In this document: one piece after another, positions 51,683-64,000 of the stretch
Layout of the letters: every line of letters starts with the position of its first letter
Position numbering within the stretch: position 1 is the stretch's first letter
From: Chrysomallon squamiferum
Taxonomy: Eukaryota > Animalia > Mollusca
NCBI GenBank assembly: GCA_012295275.1
Contig: CM022670.1
Span: forward strand, 38,998,001 to 39,062,000
Length of the DNA stretch: 64,000 nt
Direction: 5' to 3'
Position numbers and translations under genes: made by a program
The notes under the pieces: model-generated
What the model was told of the DNA's origin: nothing
Database searches by the model: none
What the model saw: the letters and a program-made list of their open reading frames with translations, nothing else

Positions 51683-52227
51683 TTTTTGTTCTCCATTCAG
51701 CACTTTGCTTATCACGAATAGCAGATCTGTTTGTACATTGTGTTGTGTTGTGTTGGGTTGGGTTGTGTTGTATTGCGTATATACAGTATGTATCTAAGTA
51801 TTTGTGTATCTGTGTGAATGTGTGTGTACGTAAGTGTGTGTGTGTGTATTATGTGTATATGTATGTATATTGTTCGTATGGGTATGGGATAAATGCATGC
51901 ATATAGTTTTGTGTGTTGCATGCATGTTTGTGTTGTATATATGTATTGTATTGTATTGTGTTATATATATATATATAAATATATACATACATGCATACAT
52001 ACATACATGTATGCATACATATATACATACGTACATACATATTTTACATTCTCTGTTGAACCAGCAGTTCATTACAAAAAACAACAACACATACATGCAT
52101 TTTTAAAGGATGTAAATTTACAGATAAATAAAATAAAGATTATCGCCAGGAAAACAATCCCCCGACACAAATACAGGAAAAGTGTTACGAACATTTATTT
52201 TACGGGATTATGTGCGTGTTCGGGAAC

Positions 52228-52261
<34 letters not shown>

Positions 52262-52870
52262 GGTTACCTAGAGTAAAACAGCCGGTTGGCCAGCTGACAA
52301 TAAACACTTATTGAAAACGTAAAATGTATATTTGGATTTTCTCTTTGTAGTTCACTACTCATTGGCAAACATTCTCTTGGCAGTTGGCAGCCTCCCCCGC
52401 CTAACAGTGGCCGTTTTGAGGAAACTCCACTGACATTCATTCATTCATTCATTCATAAACTCAGATATGATGTGTGTACCAAGGAAAGAAAAACTGTTAT
52501 CAAACCCAGTTACAGAACCAAGCGCGGATGCCAGTCTGATGTTTTTTTTCAACCCGAGTTCGGGCAAACGTTTTTAGCGCTTTGCCAGACGTTTCTTTTT
52601 GTCGAGCAGTATACTGAGGACTGATAGTTGTTGTTTTTTTTTTTTGTTTTTTTTTTAAATTTGCTGATTTGTTCTTTAATATTTTTGTTTTTAGTTGAAA
52701 TAATCTACATTTTAATTTTCAGTTTTTGTTTTCCCCTTTGGTAAGATCAAATGTGAAATATATAGTTTACGTTATCTCACATATAAATTCATATTATTTA
52801 CCATTTTCTGCTTTTCTTCTCTCTCTTGGTAAGAACTCTCTCTCTGAACTCTCTCTTTTCTCATTATTTT

Positions 52871-53096
52871 CATTTTACTTCCTCAAAACCAGACCATAGT
52901 TGTTTTCATTACGATTCAATTTTTCAATAATTCACTCTGTAGCTGTTCCTGTACCCGTGGCTCTTTCTGTTGTCGTCGTTTCAGCTCTGTACATTACTAT
53001 AACGATATTTATTTTAGAAAGAAGAAACAACAAGAAATTAATTTGACACAAGACAAACTAATATAAACAAGTATAAGAATCTACACGCAGAACACA
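52871..53096 (+). repeat. Dispersed direct repeat, copy B (about 225 bp)
   Basis: Highly similar to 40995-41225, same orientation. Confidence 0.9.
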
Positions 53097-53105
53097 TCTT
53101 ATTCA

Positions 53106-53773
<668 letters not shown>

Positions 53774-54138
53774 TAATGTGGAAAGATAAGGACAGATAAA
53801 CTCAGTCAATAAAACCCAGTGATTCATTCATTTATTTTTCATTTTTATTCTACTTTTTTTTTTTCTTTTTTTTTTTTTACGTAAACACAAAGACCATTAA
53901 ACGGTATCTTATCGAAGGTGAAGGGTACAGGGTCATGCGATATCTTTAAATTAACTCACCCGTGTAATTTAATTCACCTTCAAAATTACCGAAAGCGAGG
54001 CCATTGACGACACAAGCAGAAAATCGGTTAAACTGTGGTCGACTGCAGACCTCGGATTTTGTCTTAGAAATTAATGATTTTTTTTTTTCAACATACACTT
54101 GAATTACCCCCCAAGAAAGAAACGTGATTCAAACGGAA

Positions 54139-54199
<61 letters not shown>

Positions 54200-54475
54200 T
54201 TATTAAAATCTATAAGACAATTCACAAAGGTCTACAGTTGTTTCTTCGTCAGATTTCTTAACATTATAGCGAATTATTAGTTATATTCTAAATGTGTTGA
54301 ACTTGATGTAAGATGAACGTGTATTATTATGACATGTAATAATGTGTTCGAACTGTGATATTCTGCTGTTAGCTTATTTTATCATTGAAATGATGATTTT
54401 TTTTACATCTGGTAAGAAAATAATCTGTTTGGTTGACTATTCACATTGCTGTTTGTTTATTCTTATCATCTTCGT

Positions 54476-54476
54476 T

Positions 54477-54510
<34 letters not shown>

Positions 54511-54607
54511 ACATTATTATTATTATTATTTTGCCATTTTTAAAACCTATTGCTATTACCCACTGAATTTATTCCATACTGTAACTTTATATTATTATTA
54601 TCATCAC

Positions 54608-54650
<43 letters not shown>

Positions 54651-54720
54651 GTGATTATTCTTATTATTTTGCCATTTTTAAAACCTATTGCTATTATCCA
54701 CTCAATTTATTCCATACCGA
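54476..54720. repeat. Two-copy tandem duplication, (CAT)n + ATTATTTTGCCATTTTTAAAACCTATTGCTATTA.CCACT.AATTTATTCCATAC
   Basis: Direct reading. Confidence 0.85.
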
Positions 54721-54722
54721 AA

Positions 54723-54755
<33 letters not shown>

Positions 54756-55154
54756 CTTCAAGAAATAAAAACTCCCGTAATATTTGGAAAAAGAAAAAAC
54801 AGAAGAAGAAGAAGAAGAAGAAGAAGAAAAGATCAGATATATTTTCCGGTCGCTATCTTTTACTTCCACTTTCTTTTTTCTGGGTACATTTACACTATCT
54901 ACACACGCCATAAGTGATATTAGTAAAAACATTAAAGGAAGCTCGGAGGCTAAAGAAAAGTAAACAAGTGGTGTAAAAGCTGGCTGTGAGACGAGCAGAC
55001 TTTTTACTTGTGTTTAGCTGTGTGGTTTTTTTTTATTTCTTTCTTTTTTTCTCTTTGGCAGACGATACAATCAGAGAGCGCGTGAACCCAGACCCGTTTA
55101 TCTGCTTTGTACAACTTTTACAACAGACTCCCCACCGTCTGTCAGTGAACCTGG

Positions 55155-55933
<779 letters not shown>

Positions 55934-56439
55934 GCTCTCTCTAAAAAAAGTCTAGTTCCCACGTTCAAAAGCGTCTGTGGTTAAAACAATGATTTATACA
56001 GCGCTGCTGAAAGAAGGGAAAAAGAGAAAAAGAAAATATAGAAAGGAAAAAAAAAGAAGTAATGACTAATACAGGTTTGTTTTTGGATATATTAAGAGAA
56101 AAAAAGAAGAAGAAGAAAAAGAAAGAAAGAATAATTTATAAAAAGCTAATTGGATTATGTGAAAGAAAAAAAAATAAACGAGGAAAGAATGAATGAAAAA
56201 TGACAGATGAAGAGATGAACAGACAGAAGAAAAAGCAACTTTCAAAAGTTAAAGTTGGACGGATAATTAAATGGTTAGATGGGTAATGTATTGAAGCATG
56301 AAAGAATGAAAGAATGGGTGTAACTATGCATTAATAGATAAATAAATACAAAGAAGATAATTCTTCTTACATAAATTGTTATTAAAAAAAACTTTACTTT
56401 GGAACTGTAACAGCCAGGTAACCCTTGTGTGTGTCTGTC

Positions 56440-56477
<38 letters not shown>

Positions 56478-57350
56478 TGTGTGGTTGTCTGGGCGTGTGT
56501 TTGTGTGTGTAATGCATATATATAAAGAGCGCATAATTATAAATATTTGTATACTTAAAATTCATACATAAAATTCACGCGTCAGTTCACACATAAATAC
56601 GTATATTTTACGTAAATGTTATCATTTTCACAAAGTATTACATATGAAAGACAGGCATATACCTAAATTATGATATATATATATATATATGCATGTGTGT
56701 GTGAGTATACATATATATGTATATTTTACGTACAGACTCACATACAGTCATACATACATAATACGTGTACATTAACATAACACGTACTTTTGCTCTGTGT
56801 AATTCAGTTCATCACCACGCTTGTACTAAGTAAACTAAATATGCTAATTGCTACAAATTTCGTTTACAAGTTCAATTGGCTTTATTTGTTGAGATGAAGA
56901 ATAGCGACGGGCTAACCAAATAGAACTAATTTGACAATCAGGCCACTATTCAGTAAGCTTTACCTCATTCACTAATCAATACGCAGGTAGATAAAGTCGA
57001 CCTCACTGTTACATAATCTCTTTGTTCTTGTGCGCAGGTGAGTGTACGTAAAAATATTTAAATACAGTTTTCTTTTTACCCCCACGACCCCGCCCCGCCC
57101 CGCCCCGCCCCGCCCTCGGTTAAGTGCCAGTTTATTTATTTAAGAATAAATATTTTATTAACGTTTAACATTTAATGAGAGACACATACACACACGCAAA
57201 AACACACATGCAGGCATGCACGAACCCATACACACTAACGCATGCACACACACACAGGTACTCTAATATGTATTATATATATACAACATCATATATATAT
57301 GTGCTCATATAATATATATATATATATAATTAATACATACATATCCAACA

Positions 57351-57393
<43 letters not shown>

Positions 57394-57627
57394 TATAGAG
57401 GTTAATATTAATGAAAACTAAACAAATAATTTTAATAATAAAGGATGAAAAATAACCAACTTCTACCAGAGATAAACAACAAAAAGCTAAATAACCTGAT
57501 TTGTTTTCATTCTTACTTAATAATAATAAAAGTGATAATAATTACAGAAATAACAATAATAACAAAATTATCACTAATAATAATGAGTGACAACAGCAAA
57601 TTAACAACAAAACAGCATAACAACATC

Positions 57628-57688
<61 letters not shown>

Positions 57689-58155
57689 TAATAAAAATCC
57701 ATAAAATAAAATAAAATAAAATAAAATTAATATTAAAATTATTATCATCATCATCATCATCATCATTATGTCTCTCTCCTAACAAATCAAAAAATCATTT
57801 TATCACTCTCTAAAACATATAACTGCGACTGGCACTGAAAATAACCAATGTCTGTCCTTCTGAAACTGAGTCTGTACACTTTTAATGGTTTTTCAACCCG
57901 CTGAATGGTTCACGCCACTATCCCACGTTAGTTTGTTAGCTGGTTAATTACATAGGCGTCGTGGTAGTTGTTTTACGTTCTGTTTTAAACCGGGTTGGAA
58001 CGGGCTACACGATGCAAACCGTTATCCTTTAGTTTCCGCTAGTTTTCTTGTGAAGAAGAATAAGAACATCCACTTAAAACTAAAAATACATTTTTAAAAA
58101 TTGTTCTATTAATAAAACCTCCAAGCAACAGCGCTTCGTAATGCATCTGTTATTA

Positions 58156-58204
<49 letters not shown>

Positions 58205-58321
58205 GTTATTTTATTTTTATTCTGAGAAGGAAGGGATGTATGTCGTTTACATAGGTTTTTTGGGGACGCTTTAATACCATAAGAATTACCATCATTATCA
58301 TTACAGTTAGTATTTTAATAA

Positions 58322-58352
<31 letters not shown>

Positions 58353-58414
58353 AAGAAGAAGAAGATGATGAAGAAGACGAAGAAGAAGAAGGAGAAGAAG
58401 AATATTATTATTTA

Positions 58415-58446
<32 letters not shown>

Positions 58447-59319
58447 GCTGTTGTCGTTGCCGTCGTTGTTACTGTAGTTATTGTTGTTGCCTTTATCATT
58501 TATTCATTCATTTATTCATTCATTCGTTCGTTCGTTCGTTCGTTCGTTCGTTTAAACCAAACAGTCCTATTAATAAAGCCTCACTTGCAGCCAGACATTA
58601 ATAAATTATAAGTTTCGTAATCATTCGGCAATATTACCCTGACAACGGTCTCAGTTCCAGACACAACAACAATGTGCAGCGCGTGCACAGGTAGGCGGCG
58701 GGATTTTTTTTTTTTTTTTTTTTTTTTTCATATTTCGCCGTGTCTACTGGATTTGAGTACAAGCGTCTGGAGATGCAGAACAAGATAAAGTTAGCTGTCT
58801 GCCTCGGTGGGTGTTAGCAGACGACCTTCTCGTTATTGTGGTCGTCTGCGAAATCTACAGCAGATGACGTGGCATCGAGACAGTATGATAGACTCCGTGT
58901 ACTTGATCATAATTTTAGTATTAATAAATATAATAATAATAATAATAATAACGTTAATAACGTCAATAAAAACAGCAGCAGGAAAAACAACAATTAAAAA
59001 AAAATCCATCAAAAATATTAATAAATACAACAACAACAATAATATTAATAATGATAATAATAATATTAATATTAATAATGATGATGATGACGATGATGAT
59101 AATAATAATAATAATAATAATATCATTATTTATTGTTAATGACTTGTCCCTTCGTACTGTAGAAAAAGAGATGATGATGATATGAAGAAGAATGATAATA
59201 ATTATCATCATTGTTATTATTATTGCTGTTGTTGCTGTTGTTGTTATTGTAGTTGTTATTCTTATCGTCGTTGTCCTTCTCCGTCTCCTCCTCATTATTA
59301 TTATTGGTAGTAGCAGTAA

Positions 59320-59361
<42 letters not shown>

Positions 59362-60177
59362 AGGTAGTAGTAGTAGTAGTAGTAGTAGTAGAGGTAGTAG
59401 TAGTAGTAGTAGTAGAAGAAGAAGAATTTTTCATTTTCAAAAATTATTACTAATTAGTTTATTCCTTACGGTTATTTCTTTCTTTCTTTCTTTTTCTTCA
59501 AGAAATAAAAACTACATAAATAACTGTATATTTATTTACTTTTAATTAATAATTTAAGTAAATATGTATATAACTATCATAATAGTATTCGTTTTTATCT
59601 GATTATTTACTTCTATTTCTCAGAGGCAGCATTTTTATTTTATTTTCATTTTTTTTTTTTTTTTTTTTTTCATTCCTAGATTTTTTTAATTATTTTTTTT
59701 TTACTTAAGAAAATAATTAAACTCAAAATTTTTAAGAGGCCGCCAGTATCACTTTTAAAAGATCAGAGAGTGATAGAGATGGATTTAGAAGTTTTTTTTG
59801 TAGCTTGCTAGAGCGCTGACGATGGTTCTTTAATAGACTGCGGTGCGCAGGAATGATAGGCCCACTTTACGATCACAGATGTTACAGTTCAAAGCCACAG
59901 AAACAATAAAGCTTTTCAGTCGTTGTTTCAACTTTATTTATTTGTGTAAAGCTCCGAACGCCACAAAAGCCGTGTAAATTACGATAACAAACAAATAAAT
60001 AAATAAACAGTAATTTTGATTTGAAAGTATGTGATAAAAATTAATGTAGCTCTATCCGATTGTTACCGAACTGTCAAATGATGATGATGATGATGGTAAT
60101 AAATAAATAAATAAATAAATAAACTTAGAGACCGAAGTCTAATTAAATATATCCCAAATGGACTGTTAAAAACTGTA

Positions 60178-60238
<61 letters not shown>

Positions 60239-60769
60239 CCTTTAATAACTAACGAAAATATTTTGTACAGGAAAAGGAATATAACATTTGGTTGGAGATA
60301 TTTCGACACTTCATTAAAAGTACTGACATTCGTTTGAAAACAGGTGATAACTGTACTAATGTAAACAATAAAATAATAACATTTAGTTATAACTTATATA
60401 TATGAATATGAGATTATCTTTTTCTGCAGAATATTCATGAGATCAAAATATAATTGTTATAAAACAGATAAAGAAGAAGAAAAATGAAAATACGTTTACT
60501 TCTGTAATATTTTCTGGAAATGGCGGGAAAGGAAGGATTTAATTGTACCGTTATTGTAAAATTCGTGTGTGTGTGTGTCTGTGTGTGTGTTGATATAATA
60601 TATATATATACACACACATATAGATATATATTATTTGTTTCTTGATTTGTTACATATTAATCTTTGTTATTATTATTATCATTATGTTATTCATTTTACT
60701 TAGTTCTTCTTTCCTTTTTTAATTTTAACTGATTAATTCATTGACTGTCAATACTGTTCGCGTTCATAG

Positions 60770-60803
<34 letters not shown>

Positions 60804-62448
60804 GCTGCTTTTGCTGTTATTTTCGTCGTTATTGTTATTGTTATTATTCCTGTTACTTTATTCCTACCACTATAATTATTATTGTTACTGTTGTTTTATC
60901 TGTTTTGTTGTTGTTATTGTTCTTAATACTATTAATATTATTATAATCATAAACACAATCATCATCGTTATCATGATTATTATTAGTAGTAGTAGTAGCA
61001 GTAGTAGTATTATCGTCATCATCAGTATTATTATCACCATTATTAGTAGGTATTATTATATTTATTATTATAATTATAATTAGTATTGTTATTATTGTTA
61101 TTATTATTATTATATATTATTATTGTTATTGTTATTATTATTGTTGTTGTCATTATTATTATTGTTGTTATTAGTTTATTATTATTGTTATTGTTGTTAT
61201 TGTCGTTATTATTATTATTATTAGCAGCAGCTGTATATTGTTTTCTTTCTTTCTCTCTCTTTTACATAGTTTTCCTTGTGTACTGGGACTTATAACGGTA
61301 GGTATGTTCTAATGTCCTAGCTGTCACTTTCCCAGTACGAATGCATTATGAAACCATTTATGTAACATACCTCACACCTTTCACTCAGACGTTCCATTAT
61401 GTTATTAGCAAATCCTTTTATCGCGCGCGCGAGTCAAAATGGAAGCATACGTTTTTCGTTCCATTGGTGCTTCCTCCGGCAAAATGGTTTAATGTCTTTC
61501 CTTTTTTTTTTTTTTTTTCTCCTAGAATCGTTAACCCCGGAATACTTAAGAGAAATAAAAACATCCCAGTGAGAATGTTGTTATGCTGGATGGATGCTTT
61601 CCGTGACGTGTAAATGCACGTGCAATAAAAGGAGCTCGAGACAGAGGTCACGAGTGTGTGTGTGTATATTTCGTAACTAATTAGTTATAAAGACTTCGTT
61701 GTTTTGTTGTTTTTTGCGGGGTGATTAATTTGAGCGTGCAAGACAAGAGACGGGGCGGGGGGATTCAGAGAGGTACGAAAATGAAATATTGACTTGAATG
61801 TGCAAAGAAGAAACCCGAAATGTCATCATTATTTTTTTTTTTTTTTTTTTATTTTTTTTATTATTAAATAAATAAAAAAAAGCATCAGATAATGTTATGA
61901 AACAGGATAATTCTTAATATATTACATTATGAATTATCCTGGGAAAAAGGAAATACCAGTTAGGTTGAATTAATTTAAATTAACATTCATTATCTTTATT
62001 TATAACTGTATATTTTTTTGGGATTTATCAGTGATGGGGAAAAATTAGTGGAGTATTCGATTATACGAGTAAAAGTAATAATAAACCGGGTACTTTCTGG
62101 AACAGGAAAAAAACCCAGTATCAAATCAAGAACTGAGAGGAAAAAGGGGAAAACTGCAATAAACCGAGGCGTTATTGAAACAGTGAAAAAAACAAAAAAA
62201 CAAATAATAACACTGAACCAAAGCCTGACACGAAAAAGGAGTCCCGGGTTAGAACGGGAAACAGAAATCCCGTGATCTAGAGAAGGAAATCAATCTTCCT
62301 AACGTTAACACTTCAAGATGGACGCTATGCTTATCCATTAATTCCGCCTTGCGTCTCAGCTGTCAGCGCTTGATTACGCAAGACAACACGTGTGGAATTC
62401 TGTGCGGCATGGATTCGAAATACGCCTGGTATGGCCATGCAACGTGCA

Positions 62449-62523
<75 letters not shown>

Positions 62524-62727
62524 GTTTAACACGATATGCAGGAAAGTGAATCTGCGTTTTGACTCTTAACAGGTGGTCCCGAAGCACGGTTCAAGGTGTT
62601 CGTTTGAAGACGAAGTATTTCTACTTCGCGTGTAGACGATCTCGGCTCGAGAAGTTTTGTTAAAATTAATGAAGCAACATCTGCAGGTAATCCGGCACAA
62701 GCTTCTCGCGTGTTGCTCTATTTCGGG

Positions 62728-62779
<52 letters not shown>

Positions 62780-63316
62780 GCGGCGTGCACATGCACGTGG
62801 CTTCCAGGACCAGATGATCAGAGAACAAATTTCAAAAAAAAAAAAATAAAAATAAAAATTACATTCCTTAACATGCTGCAGAGGATTATCAATTCCAGTG
62901 AGAAGTTTTTTTTTTTTTTTTTTTTTGTGTGTTTTGCTACAACATCCAAAATATATATATATTTTTTTTTTAAAAAGTCTAAGTTCTGAACCAAACAGAT
63001 ATTTTTTTAAAAAGTCAGTTATATTCAGTTTCTTAGTAGAAACTTCTCTCTTAAAAGGAATCTTTAGCTGTATTTATAACTGCAAGAATATATAAGTATT
63101 ATTCTGGAATTTTTAAACCTATTTGCTGGTTACATAAAGATACTGACAATTTCTGATTGTGTGTACATACATATGTGTATATGTGTATGTGTGTGTGGTT
63201 GTGGGTGTGTGTTCGTGTGGGTGTGTGTTTGTGTGTGTGTCTGTGTGTCTGTGTCTGTGTGTGTGTGTGCATTTTACACACGAACAAATACTCAAAGACC
63301 CACTCATACCCACAAA

Positions 63317-63363
<47 letters not shown>

Positions 63364-63810
63364 TTCCTAACCCAAAACGCATGGCGGATAACCGGATTAC
63401 CTAAAGCACGTGCAGCGTGTGTGTGTGTGTAAATCGACACACTACCTGCACGGTCCTACAACATATCGCCTTACAGCATTACCTAGCGATCCGACCCGCA
63501 CAGTTCTACAACTTGGCTGTAGCTAGCTTAGTGTGTGTGTGTGTGTGTGTTGTGTGTGTGGGTTTAATACGTGACAGATTAATCCAGTCCGGATCAAGAG
63601 ATTAACCGTGTAGGAAAGGACCAGTCAGTTTTGTTGTAAGAGGAGGTGCACGAAGGCGATGTTTTAAACACGTGTTTGATGTGCCCTGGGGCTGCGTTGT
63701 CACTGTTGATTAGAGGGAGGGGCTAGGCGTGGCTGTCGCCACAGTTAAAAAGCGAAATCAGATCCGAGTCTTGAAACAGACTTAACTGAGACCACAGAAT
63801 TACACAAGGC

Positions 63811-64000
63811 GTTAAATATGTTAATGTACCGTGTTTTAAATATGTTAATATGCAGTGTTTTAAATATGTTAATATGCAGTGTTTTAAATATGTTAATATA
63901 TAGTGTTTTAAATATGTTAATATCCAGTGTTTTAAATAAGTTAATATACCGTGTTTTAAATACGTTAATATACAGTGTTTTAAATATGTTATTATACCGT
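63811..64000. repeat. 24-bp minisatellite (GTGTTTTAAATATGTTAATAT.C.), running off the window end
   Basis: At least 7 consecutive units. Confidence 0.95.

Noticed and set aside
51239-51715. 158-aa minus-strand ORF
   Set aside because: Partly (CA)n-derived, with no recognisable domain or splice support.

Overview
This is AT-rich, microsatellite-dense animal genomic DNA, most likely invertebrate; mollusc/lophotrochozoan is an inference. The one well-supported protein-coding gene is a complete Nuclear Factor I (NFI/CTF) transcription factor on the minus strand. It has 12 phase-consistent GT-AG coding exons from an ATG at 34082 to a TGA at 897-899, totalling 2178 nt (about 725 aa), with a CCAAT/GC-box promoter near 34.8 kb. 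Positions ~35-64 kb are non-coding and hold simple repeats, dispersed repeat fragments and CpG-rich patches. Nearly all supplied ORFs are microsatellite artefacts. The most unusual signal is that several NFI introns carry tandem arrays whose repeat unit contains the 3' splice site of the adjacent exon (clear at 2.3-2.7 kb and 11.2-12.0 kb, weaker at 15.7-16.0 kb), creating ladders of decoy acceptors. There are also candidate cassette microexons (one with an eMIC/SRRM-type UGC signature), candidate poison exons, a tandem acceptor, a possible ATG-only alternative first exon, and a sharp CpG transition at the promoter. All coordinates and counts were read by eye; no database search was run.
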